A DNA stretch of 64,000 nucleotides from Octopus sinensis (lineage: Eukaryota), in NCBI RefSeq assembly GCF_006345805.1, contig NW_021836170.1:4480-68479 (forward strand). The letters run 5' to 3'. Positions within the stretch are counted from its first letter, which is position 1. Every line of letters starts with the position of its first letter. Of the stretch, positions 37,114-48,675 are shown piece after piece. Both the position numbers and the translations under genes were made by a program. A model generated the notes under the pieces. The model was not told the origin of the DNA, did not search any database, and was given only the letters and a program-made list of their open reading frames with translations.

Positions 37114-40041
37114 TAGGGCAACCAAAAGTCATATACAGTCCGACCCCTAAATAGGGCACCAAGTGCCCCAAAATGCGGGGGTGCCCCAAAAACAGGGGTT
37201 TGTTATTTTTTTAAAAATTAAACCATTAATAAACATCAAAAAACATTTTTACTAAAATATTCAGTTATTTTCTTTTTATTTGTAGAGTTTTGTCTGATAT
37301 TGTTCGTCAATTCAGCCGAAAATCAAAAAAATCTCGGAGCATACTTGGTGCAACATTAGAAATTTTTTCTTCTAAATTGTTAAGCAGATCTTTTGTTTTT
37401 GCTACGACATTTTCACTATTTTCGGTTTCTGAATATGTATCATAAACATTTTGTTCATGTCTTCGCATTCTCCATCATTGTTTCGTTAACAACTTGATCT
37501 AAATGTTCATCTGTTAGACAGTTTTTTGTTGCATAAGAATCACGGTTCCTGTCGATTTTCTTCCAACAATTACAATACTTTTAGCATCTATTTTCTCCCA
37601 TCCTTTTGAAATTAGCATCATAACCTGACGCAAATTTAATTTACCAATAGAATGTGTAAAATCGTTTTCGAATCTTGAAAACATAAAAATTCCATTAAGA
37701 AAGAGGAATAATAATCTTTAAAAATCTTGATTATTCCCATATCCAAAGGTTGTAAATAGGGCGTTGTATTTTTCGGCAAAAAAAAAAATTCGATGTTCGA
37801 ACATTCGGCAGTTTTATGGCATCCCGCATTGTCAAGTATTAATAATTTTTTCTGTTGTTTTTGCAAAACGATTCATTTATAAGTGTAAGCCAACTCATAA
37901 AAGTCTTTCCAGTCATCCATGCATTTTGAGAAGATGATACAATAACCCAAAATCTTGAACATCAAAATTTTTTAGACACCGAGGTTTTTTTATATTTTCC
38001 AATAATCAATGGATTAAGTTTTTCCCCGATTAAACTGCAGCATAGAAGAACAGTGAGTCTTTCTTTCCCTTGTTTATAACCAAAACACGGTTCGCCTTGT
38101 TCAACAAATGATTTTGAGGAGTTCTTTTTATAAAAAGCGCAGTTTCATCACAATTAAATATATTCTCAGGTCCATATTTTAATACTTTCTGGTCATATTT
38201 TTCAAAATAATTTTTCACATAAGATAAATCACATGAAGCTTTTCCACCACATATTGACTTGAATTGAAGTTCATGCCGCAATTTAAATCTATCAAGCCAC
38301 CCATTGGAAGCTTTAAAAGAAGTAAATCCAATTTTTGAAGCTGTAACTAAGGCAATTTTTTTCAAAATAGGGTTTGAAATCGGAATTTTATCTACGCGTA
38401 GTCTTTGAAATATTTCAAAGACTTGCTCATCAAATTTATCTTTATCGGCTTTAAATGTGTCATATTCCTCAGAAATAGTATTGCCGTGTTGCAAGAAAGG
38501 TACAATATTTCGTTTTATTCTTGATATTGTTCCTTTACTTGTGTTGTACTTTTTCATTAGTTGCCTCTCAGATAAATTTTTCTTCAAAATTTCTTTAGCA
38601 ATCTTCAATTTAGTTTCGTAATCCATAACCACAACAATAAAAATATAAATTGAAAATAAAACAAAAAATAATTATTTATTATAATTTTATTTATTTTTAA
38701 TTCCTTATAAATGATTTTATGGTGCCCCAAAAATTCCATAATTTTTTATCGATTTTTATTTTTTTTCTGCCAAAATGTACTTTTGGAATAAAGTGCCCCA
38801 AATTGCGGGGGTGCCCCAAAATCCGAGGGTGCCCCACCCCTGGGGTCTGCCCCATTTTGGGGTCGGACTGTAATGCTTATCACAAAATAAGGTCATTTTG
38901 TGTTTGTTTATATTAATTAAATATTTTAATTATATTTTTTAACTATTTAAACACTTATTAATAGGTCATATAAGTCATATTCAATAATAAAGTCATATTA
39001 TAAAAATAAAGTCATATTCAAATTTTTGTATATTTTAATGAATTAGATTAATATTTATTTTTTTTAATATAAATATTTGAATAATAATATTTGAATTATT
39101 TTTTATAATGTGAGATATAATCGGTTTTTTGTTGAGTGAGATAAAGGTTTTTATATGAAAAAAGGTATATTAATAGATGCCTAAATCAAAAAAATCTAAT
39201 GAATTCAAACTCTCTAAAACATTAAATAAATATCCGCACGAATTTACGAGAAGTACTAATGGGGGACTTAATTGCAAGTTCTGTTGTGTTCCGGTAAACT
39301 TTTCAAAAAGTTTTAACGTGGAACAACACAGACAGACGGAAATGCATAAAAAAAGAAGCAAAACACACGACTTGCGTCAATCGAAATTGATTGCAATTCC
39401 AAATTATTTTTGTTTTAAATTGGTTTAACAAAAAAGGTTTCTGGTCCTGAATTTAACAAAAAAGGGAAAATCTTAGATAAAGTAAAAACTGCTTTAGATT
39501 CAATTAATTTGGAAAGAAACCTTGCATTGATAAAATCATGTTATAGTGACATATTAGATGGATTACATCAATGCCAAGAAACTTTTTTACCATTGAGGAT
39601 GCCGTTAAATTTATTAATGTGATAAATTTTGGGGATGATCCATGTGGAATATCTAAATATTTCCGTAAAAGAATAGATAAAAATCGATTAAAAGAAATTT
39701 ATACTGCTAAGATCGATAATTGTTCACCAGAAGTTTGTTCGATATTATGGAAATGTCCAGCAACAACTATTTCCATTGAAAGAAGTTTTTCTATGCTTCA
39801 AAAGATGTTGGAGAAGGATAGAAACTTTAAAAATGATAACATTAAATATTACTTTTCGTTATATTACAATAAATTTGAGTGATTAGTTCTAAATATAAGC
39901 CTTATTAAAACTTTATTAGTACATAAAAATACAAATTTATTAGGTCATATTAAGGGCATATATTTTTTCGTTTAAGGTCATATAAGTCATATTTTATCGG
40001 TCATATTTGAAATTTTTTAGGTCATATTTGCGGTTGCCCTA
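37114..40041 (+). mobile_element. hAT element with CGGBP1-like zinc finger, nested in the Buster element
   Basis: TIR TAGGGCAACC, 8-bp TSD GTGATAAG (37106-13, 40042-49), subterminal GTCATAT repeats. ORFs with CKFC..QHRQTEMH and PATTISIERSFSM (hAT dimerisation-like). Confidence 0.9.
37136..38870 (-). mobile_element. Tigger/pogo transposon nested 22 bp inside the hAT left end
   Basis: TIR CAGTCCGACCCC.AAAT.GGGCA with TA TSDs. HTH plus CENP-B region (FKASNGWLDRFKLRH), NCDETAL, AWMTG, LILDNAGCH, FLPKNTTPYLQPLDMGII; frameshifted. Confidence 0.95.
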
Positions 40042-40419
40042 GTGATAAGTAGTGGGGCTGTGAATCAAACTTCGTTCTTTTGACTTTAAAATATTCATGT
40101 GAGGAAGAATTTTCTGGGTGTACAGACTCTTTGTGGCGCCTAAGTTGAGAAGGTTTCAGTGAATTGTTTCCCAAAATTAAAACCACTAAAAATTTTCTGG
40201 GGACCACGATTGAGAACCGCTTGATTAATTTCAATGTTTTTGATTTATACTTAATTGTACAATTAGTTTTAACTTTAATATATTTTTATTTTTCGAAAAT
40301 TCCTGGGGACCACGGTTGAGAACCGCTAAACTAAACCAAAATATATACAGTAAAACCTCTGGTGCTCGCCATTTTCGGGACCGAAGAAAAAATGGCTTGA
40401 AGTTGTCTCTATTTGATGA

Positions 40420-41990
40420 CCAGAGCTCTTTTCAATTGTAACACTAGCGTATTCTTCTCCAAGCTGTTTTTTGGATTTACGACCATATTATCATGTCTGA
40501 ATTCGATATTCAGTAAGGTGACCCAGTGGGCCCATTGCTGCTTGCCCTCTCTGTTGACCATATTGCACGGAACTTTACATCCAGTATTAACTTTTGATAC
40601 TTGGATGACGTGACGATTGGTGGACTCCCAGAGTCGTTATGAAGGACGTAAACAAGATCACTTCTGGCTTCTCCAAGATCGATCTATCTTTAAACGACGG
40701 CAAATGGAACTCGTCAATATTTCGCTTGCCCCTGCCGCTCTCTCCCACACATCTTCCTCTCTCTGCCTGATTGATGGGTTAAGGCTTATCACCGATCTAT
40801 ACCATTTCCTATACTAAATGGGATTAACGTCAAACAAAGTGGGATTAACGTCAAACAAAGTGGGATTAAGGTCAAACTATGTGGGATTAAGGTCAAACAA
40901 AGTGGGATTAACGTCAAACAAAGTGGGATTAAGGTCAAACTATGTGGGATTAAGGTCAAACAAAGTGGGATTAACGTCAAACAAAGTGGGATTAAGGTCA
41001 AACTATGTGGGATTAACGTCAAACTAAGTGGATTACGTTTATTATAAATATTATATTTCGACGCAGCAAATAAAAATGCCACGTAAATCATTGGAAGAGA
41101 AAAATCAAATGCATAGAAATAAAATACATTTAATTTCAGCTGCAGAATCAGGTGGAGATTGGAAAAAAACAGCACTTGAACTCAATATCCCGAGAACAAC
41201 GAGAACAATATAATTGGATGCATCTCAAATCTAGGACTCATTTACTGTAAAATCCGAAGGGGAGCTTTTAAAAAAGAGCAGATATGGTTAACATAAAATT
41301 TTAAAAAAAGAATTTTTGGTGTTAATCCCATTTAGTTTGACGTTAATCCCACATAGTTTGACCTTAATCCCACTTTGTTTGACGTTAATCCCACATAGTT
41401 TGACCTTAATCCCACTTTGTTTGACGTTAATCCCACATAGTTTGACCTTAATCCCACTTTGTTTGATGTTAATCCCACATAGTTTGACCTTAATCCCACT
41501 TTGTTTGACCTTAATCCCACTTTGTTTGACGTTAATCCCACATAGTTTGACCTTAATTTCACTTTGTTTGACGTTAATCCCATTTAGTATAGGAAATGGT
41601 ATAGTTATATTGGGCTCGCCAATTTCCAACCATGCTTTAGTAAAAGCCCTATCGTCTGAATATGAAGAAAATTAAGCTGCCTATGATCGGATCCGTAGGG
41701 TTGGCTCACATTTGGCGTTTTTCTTGCTGTAGAATTTTTTGTTCAAGACTGACTTAGTTCTTCCGTATGTTTTGTTTCCGCTAGTTTCCTGTTTAGAATC
41801 GACAATCTTGTCTACGAAATTTTAACATACCATCTTGATTTGAGTTTCACTGATGACGGTTTGACCCGTGCCAGCCTATTTACACGTTTCGGAGGATTAG
41901 GGTTCGCTCTTGTACCGACCCAATCTTGTGATCTTTTTTCCACCTGGCTTCTAGAAATTTTGTTTTCTTAGTTCTATTTCCCTCTCTCGA
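40420..41990 (+). mobile_element. CRE-clade RT fragment interrupted by the foldback MITE
   Basis: GDPVGPLL.., YLDDVTIG-like motif, and VILGSPI directly after the insertion. Confidence 0.65.
40802..41599. mobile_element. Foldback-type MITE (TA TSD) with subterminal 21-bp tandem arrays
   Basis: TIR CCATTTCCTATACTAAATGGGATTAACGTCAAAC, TA at 40800-01 and 41600-01. 10 units of GTGGGATTAA(C/G)GTCAAAC(AAA/TAT) on the left and about 13 inverted units on the right. Core encodes a possible HTH remnant (WKKTALELNIPRTT). Confidence 0.92.
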
Positions 41991-42329
41991 ACTCCACGAG
42001 CTACGGAATTCTTTTAAGTTTTTAGATATTTCTGAACTTGATAAATTTTGACCACCTTAATCTATAGTAGTTGCCCAACAATGTATTTAGGTACTTAACC
42101 ACTGCATTGTGCGTCTATGTGTAGATGTGAGGAACATATAATTTATATTTTACTGCCGGATAGTCTTTTTATAGTTCATAGATACTATAAACCCCTCAAC
42201 AAAGAAGAAAATTATTTATTTAAAAAGAGGCTGTTAGTAGATGGTAGATAAAGTTCGGTTTCTTTTTTAATCAATAAACGACATTCCATTCCAATTATAT
42301 TAATGAATTAAAGAGGTGATGCTTTACTG

Positions 42330-43080
42330 GGCGAGAGGCTGACGCGATCTAGAAAGAGTTCGAGTGTACTATCGCGAGGGATATCCGCTCAAAAAACCAT
42401 CTCGATTCGCGGGCGTCGCATGTGACTGTCGACATCCGAGACCCGATCTCCTGAACGAAGCTGATTGCCGTTCCGCCCAAAGAACCAGACGTCTCAACTG
42501 CGAATGGGAAGGAATTGGTACTTCTTCACAAGTGAAGAGTACTTTCGCATCTTTTTACATTCGACATTAGTGGCGATTGATCCAGGGGCGGATGCGGACA
42601 TCAGCAGATTCTCGGGCGAGAATGAGTCCATACACGTGGCGTCCAAGGTAAGTGGCTTCCCTCTGTTGAAGGGAAACACAGTTATCCCGTCCCGTCTCTT
42701 CCCGTCCCCTAGATCGACCCCAGTGGGTTCGAGTATGTAAGGGATTCAGGCAACTTCTAAGGCTCTCCTGATGAGATCATTTAGAGCAGCGTGCCGCGGG
42801 ATACGGCCAGCGCTACGTCTACACGGTAGCGCGTGCAGACCAAAGCGACAAATTTTTGCACCACAGCGACAGACATGTGGCTCACATAGGCGAAGACCAA
42901 GGCGTAAACAAACCCCTGTCCTAACGACTCATTGTCCAAAAGGTTACCAATACTTGACAGTGGAGTGGCTTTAACCAGGAACTGCTGTGGGAACGACAGC
43001 CCGTCTCAAAGAAGGTCAAACGATGTTGATCGAGGGATGCGCGGAATGACTTAATACGCGGTTGAAGGCGAAGATTTCTT
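42330..43080 (-). mobile_element. CRE-clade element, REL endonuclease C-terminus
   Basis: ITVFPFNRGKPLTLDATCMDS..SAPGSIA..KKMRKYSSL..FLP..ETSG..IG.R..RE.RWF.ERISLA. Confidence 0.8.
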
Positions 43081-44093
43081 GTTACATGTACCGAATACAC
43101 GAACAGAAGCACAAAAATAAAGAATTTAAAAAACTGCTCAGAAACTTTGTCTGCTTTCCAATCATCAGGAGCAATCAAAAAGCCAAAAAGTTATGATAGA
43201 GCAGAAATATAAATCATCATCAAAGTAATCCAAGATACTTTTATTTGCAAAAACCCGAAAGTCTAAGAATTAAGATGCATCCATCTAGATTTTAAACTAA
43301 CAATACTCGAATGCAATGCCCTCAAACAAATTAGAATTATGTATGTGGATCTTAGCGAAAAGATACTAGTATCAACTCAGATTAATCTCCTCACTGATGA
43401 AGTATTAATGAAATCAGAGAATGGAGACGCAAAATTAGTGGAGAATCCAGTAGTTAGCATTATTTAAAAACTTTAGCATTTAACCACTAGCGGTTTGGTT
43501 TTCGACCAAAAAATGATCCTATAAAAGCATCAAAATGAAAAAAATAATTAATGGCTATCAGGATTGATCTTAGTTTTATTTCTAATTTTATTTCTAAAAT
43601 CATTCGTGAACTTATGATTCAATTAGTGCTTTAAAAACATAATTACAGAGGAAATTAAACTTTCCAACATTCTTTTGTTTCACGTTCTTCCCCTGTGTTA
43701 CTTCGGGGGCAGTATAAACTCTGCAACTGGCATTCTTTAGGAACCAAATTGATTACGTAAAATGTTTTAAAAGGAGGATTGCTCAAAGGATGGATGAAAG
43801 TGATTCTTCTTATGAGTTAGAACACTAACTACTATATTCCGACTGTTACTAAATGCTAATAAAAATTAGAAAAACATTAGGGGACGCCATTAGAGGAAGG
43901 CAAAGTTTTTTTAGAATGTAAAGAGAAATATTATGGAATGTGTAAAAACTTTAATAGGCTATTTAACGTGGAATGGATTTAAAAATTAGTATGATTGATA
44001 ATGCGTTTCTAATAGTAATAATAAAAACAAATTAAAAACATATTTATTAATTCTTTGTTCTATATGTATTAATACAATAAACTATCGTGGCTT

Positions 44094-44718
44094 ATGATTC
44101 AGTTCAATGTGGATGATTCCCCTTTTTGCCTTGAATTTATTCCTAACAACTCAAGTTCTGGATCTATTCAATTTTTATACGGATCATCTATAATTTCCTG
44201 CTCTGTCTATGGTCCTCATGAAACAAATGCTCCTTCCGAACAGCCCGGAAAGGCAAACATCATTTTTCACTATAATTCTAAAAAACTGTAAAAATATTCA
44301 ACGTTAGAAAAATACCTGAAATCCTTATTTATTCAAGTTATACAATCTGATCTATTTCCATGCTGCAGTATTGAGATTTTTATTCAGAAATAAATGGTGG
44401 AAATTTCCAATTGGCGTGTGCCATAAATGCAATATCTAGTGCTCTGGTCTTGGCATGTATTCCGATGAAATATATAATTGTTGCTCTCTGTTTTTCAGTC
44501 TATGGACAAGAAGTAACTTTGTCTGCCCCAAACGATGATAAAATTGTCGTTGTTGTTTTTGAAAGTGTTAAACAGTCTATTTTGTGTTTGATTCCCCCTT
44601 TCAGATAGCTCATTCTCAGTTGGTTCAATGTTCTGTTTTGGGTGCTATACATGTGGTGGAAATTGTTAATTCGTGGAGAAAGTTACTTCTTGATAAATCA
44701 TCTTGTTCATTTTTTTAA
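44094..44718 (+). pseudogene. EXOSC5: Exosome core subunit Rrp46/EXOSC5; as assembled it carries one in-frame stop and two -1 frameshifts
   Basis: GSIQFLYGSSIISCSVYGPHE..KANIIF..LEKYLKS..LFPCCSIEIFIQ..LACAINAISSALVLACIPM. TAA at 44289-91; frameshifts near 44388 and 44598. Confidence 0.75.
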
Positions 44719-44769
44719 TTTCAATTACTTTAAATTTACAATTATTTTTTTACGTTTTTCTAGTTTATT

Positions 44770-46390
44770 GTTTGGAGCCATAGATGGCGATCCTCAATGA
44801 AAATGAGATACAGATCCAGGCAATGGAAGTTCTGAAGGACAATTGCAGGTACTACGAAGCGATGCGAGTACCACGAGGACGTAAACACTGATAACCTCTG
44901 TTCATAAATGACGAAAATGGAAGACTAATCGCAGATTCTGCAGAAGCAGCAGAATTAATTACTGTCCATTTCAAGAAATTGGTTAAATCAGAAAGCAACG
45001 GAATTGCAGCATTTATTGGCCATCTCAGGAAATTGGAGTTGGAAATAACTCCTGAAAAATTTCAAAGAGCATTTGATATGCTCAAAAACAATAAAAATCC
45101 AGGACCAGATGGGCTAGGACCAGAACTACTTAAGTATGGAGTAAAAACCTACATGTGGACTTTTTCAACGGAATGTTCAAAGAAAACGACCATTTGCCCC
45201 TAGGACGAGGGATACTGATCCCTGTCCAAAAACGGAGCAAAGCTAAAGGAAAAGTGAAGAACCTTAGGCCATTAATTTTAATAAACAGCATACGGAAACT
45301 GCTGGCAATTATTATTCTAAAAAAATAAGCTTTGTGCGGAACTATTTAAATTAATAGTGGTTTTCGTGAAGGAATATGTACTTCTGACATTGTTTGGAGC
45401 CATAGATGGCGATCCTTCACTATTCAAAGGTTTTAAAATGCAACAAACATTCTTGGAATCAATATGTCAAGAGCTTTTGACTCGATGAATCGTCAAGAAT
45501 TGATGGATGTCCTTACAGAATTCCTTGACGAATCCTCTATCTGGAGAATTAAAACTATACTATAAAGGAAAGATCAATGTGGTGGCATACTGACGTGGAT
45601 TTTATTTCCTCCGACAGGAATGCTCTAGAATGCCTATTGGAAGTGATGGCAAATAAACTTGCTGAGTGGTTCCTAAATGTAAATGTGGAGAAAACAGAAT
45701 TTACTGAACTTGTCAGATAAAAGTCTAAGCTGGACGAACACTGTAGAAAAGTTAAGAAACTTGGATTCCTATTTGGAGACGAACAAGACGTGATTATGTG
45801 AAAAACACATGCAAACAGTGCACTACGCGGCTTAAAGGAAAATTTGCTAAAACGCAAAGGACTCAGCACAAAAACACGAATATGATTATACAAATCAGTG
45901 GTGAAACCTATTCTTCTTTATAATGCCGGAACATGGGGCTTTTTGATACAGACAATTTGAATCTAGATTCCTTCCATAAAGACCAACTTTGGCGCACTTT
46001 AGCCTCTAAATGGCATTCGAGGCTCAGCAGTAAAACAGTTTTTCCAGAAAATCAAGCAAACCATCTCTTCCGAATTTATTGCATACAGTTGGAGTCTATT
46101 CTGACACATCCTAATGATGGATCTGGAGACACCGGCAAACACCGCTATGGAAGGCTATTTCGTAACTGAAGGTCCTCGTTTCCGCGGACGCTAAAGAAAT
46201 ACTCTCCCAGTGACACGGGACAGAGACCTTCTAAGTGTGGGGGAAAATTTTAAGGACGGGACGATCTTGACGCATTACGGGACGTCGACCAAGATAGAGG
46301 GAAATGGACCAAACTAATAACTTCATTGTTTATTTGCTGCATAAGCTTTATCATGATTCATGGCATCTCGAAAGTGCGTAAAAAATGCAC
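44770..46390 (+). mobile_element. RTE-clade LINE, RT region to 3' UTR, decayed
   Basis: LKNNKNPGPDGLGPELLKY, NLRPLILINSIRK, MSRAFDSMNR, NVNVEKTEF, KPILLYNAGTWG. Confidence 0.9.
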
Positions 46391-46409
46391 TTTGTTTAAA
46401 AACAGTTTG

Positions 46410-46490
46410 TTTATCGTTAAAAGAAATACTAAAAAGATGATATGCGAGTTGCTTTGTCAAATATAGAACCAGACATTACTTACATTAACA
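46410..46490 (+). mobile_element. Buster transposase C-terminal scrap
   Basis: DDMRVALSNIEPDI, same family as 36758-40328. Confidence 0.7.
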
Positions 46491-46567
46491 AACATAATAA
46501 AATTTAAGTTTTTCATTTAAGAATTTCTATTATTAAAAGTTCAAGGGTAAATTTTTTTAGAAAATAA

Positions 46568-47759
46568 TTAAATTATATTAAAATTATTAATATTATATTT
46601 AATTTTGTAGTTGTCAAATAATTCATTTATTAGCTCTCCAGTGATCACACAGTTATAGTTGTGGGATATTAGTCTTAGAACAAGAATTCCTTCTGATTTT
46701 AAATAATTGATAGTGAATTTCCGAATCGATTCGTCATTATGACTAAAATTATTTTCTTGTATTTTAATATATTTTTTAATGTAGTTAACCATTGATCCTT
46801 TATTAAATAAATTCCAGCACCAAAAGGTTAAATTTACAGAATTTAAAATAAGCATCAGAACCATCCAAAACCAATAAAATGAGAATATTATCTCATTATA
46901 AATGTTTATTGGCAATGTGCACTGAACTTGAAATTTACTATCGACCATTTTACTGCCAAGTTCTCTAATATAAAAATCACAAAAAACAATATGTGGGAAA
47001 TATGCAGAATAATCCGTATGCTTGTTTTGAATAAAACTTTTAAAAATATTCATCCCATAAAATGTAATTTTGCCATTCGAAAATAAAATGTCGGTCAAAT
47101 AAATTTGAAGTACTAAATTAAATATGTAGAGAAATTTTGTTGCAACATAGACATGTGATAAATAATATCCATTGGAATTATCTGTAAAAATTTCAAATAT
47201 TTTTGTTTCACGATTTTCTAATTTTTTGCATGAATTGCGAGTATTTAATATTAGTTCAAAATGTTTAGTTGCAAAATTTAAACAAAATTGGTTGTCTCGA
47301 AAATTATTTACTTTTTCAAACTTAAATGGAATTTCTAGAAGACTGCTAAAACTAATTTTCCCTGCTTTTTGCATAACAGTCCAGAAGAACCAAGGAAGTT
47401 GGTAACAAATTGCACATGCAATTAAAATCCAGATGACCCAGTTGTAATAATTATTTTTTTCAATCAAATACATTTCTGATTCATGGATGCTCTGATTAAT
47501 AGGAACTTTATATTTTTTAGATATCAAGCAAACATCTAAAATATATCCGTGGAAACTACCTAAATTAATATTATTAATAAAAAATACTTTCTAGATGCCT
47601 TGGGCACATGCAAAATATTTCTCCCTTCATTTTTTGATTAGTAATAATCGTAACAAAGAAGAGAATCAAATAAGTAGTGAATGAGTGATTAAGTCGGTCG
47701 ATGAAATCATCTTGCCTTTTAGTTCTAAAAGTATTTTTGAGAACTTCAAGTAAGTCCAT
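46568..47759 (-). CDS. Innexin (invertebrate gap-junction subunit), two exons
   Basis: DDFIDRLNH..IFCMCP..|..YILDVCL (28-nt intron at 47560-47587), YYNWV..LPWFFW, YFPHIVFCDF, QCTLPINIYNEIIF..WFW, SEGILVLRLISHN. Confidence 0.96.
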
Positions 47760-47904
47760 AACTAATTGAAAACGTAAAATCAGTAATAAATAATCATTTA
47801 TTAATTTCGTAATTAAATCACTTGAAAAATGTTACCGTAAATTTCATATACTATTCTAGTTTTTGCAATATGGACTAAATTTACATAACACAGACTGCAT
47901 TTTT

Positions 47905-47985
47905 TGCTTGACGAGTGACGTCGTCATCAGTGAAGATTCATTGCGGAACTGGATTGTCTATCTTGGAAAAAAATAAATAAACCAG
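47905..47985 (+). repeat. Structured SINE-like repeat, 3' part, in the divergent innexin/Rab11-FIP intergenic region
   Basis: TTGACGAGTGACGTCGTCATCAGTGAAGATTCATTGCGGAACTGGATTGTC plus A-rich tail. Confidence 0.65.
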
Positions 47986-48675
47986 TAAAGATCATTCCAC
48001 GGTCCTACCTACGATTAGCTAAAAATAAATTCTTTATTTAAAATAAAGTGTGTGTCCTGCTTGTGCGGAGCTATAAAATAGTATGCCTCTATGGAAAAGG
48101 CTATATTGAATTTTGACTTTATTCTAGTTTTTGGAAATCTGTTGACGTCATGACTCATTTTAAGATCTACTAAGTTAATGGTTTTTATATTCGAAATACA
48201 AAAATTAAGAACAATAATACACCTGTTAATTTTAGTCTGATCTGATAGTCTAAATACAAATTTTGTTATTTACAAAATTGTATTCATAAGTCTAGGAATA
48301 ATTGAGCTTACTAATTGATTTTTAAAAGTTTATATATTAACCAAATAAATAATTGTCAACAAACTTGAAATAATTGTCAACAAATCTGTTTAAAGGTAGT
48401 AATATTAATTAGAAAAAAAATGTATTTAGTCAAATATGTCAAGAATTTAAAAAAATTGATTAATTTTTGTTTGAATATTTGGCAAAAAAATAGGAAGTGT
48501 GTTAGTTAATTAAAATTATTGAAAATAGAAATATTCATCGATCATAAATTATTTTGTTAAATTTTAATAACTATAAAAATTAATTTTAAATAAATTATAA
48601 ATTTTGAATTAATTGTTCTGTGTTATTGTGCTCACGTTTAATTCCTAACGAAATAGGAACATCTTGTTTAAATAA

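Larger units (their letters stand above)
36758..40328 (-). mobile_element. hAT Buster/Charlie-type (ZBED5/SCAND3-like) internally deleted element; outer host of a nest
   Basis: TIR CAGCGGTTCTCAAC, 8-bp TSD AACTAAAC (36750-57, 40329-36). N-terminal SLKPSQLRRHKESVHP and C-terminal KTKYRNRL..DDMRVALSNIEPDISK..QKSH*. Confidence 0.92.

Noticed and set aside
40818-41590. CRISPR-like array
   Set aside because: The units are contiguous with no unique spacers, lie in a eukaryotic context, and are bounded by TIR and TSD.
40789-41675. ORFs with heptad repeats (LTLIPLC / GLRSNKV / GINVKQS) that look like repeat proteins
   Set aside because: They are stop-free translations of the 21-bp MITE arrays, open in several frames on both strands.
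44289-44291. TAA-to-Gln codon reassignment suggested by the in-frame stop in EXOSC5
   Set aside because: Long AT-rich ORFs (innexin, TAF1, Rab11-FIP) contain no in-frame TAA, use CAA for Gln, and several genes end in TAA.
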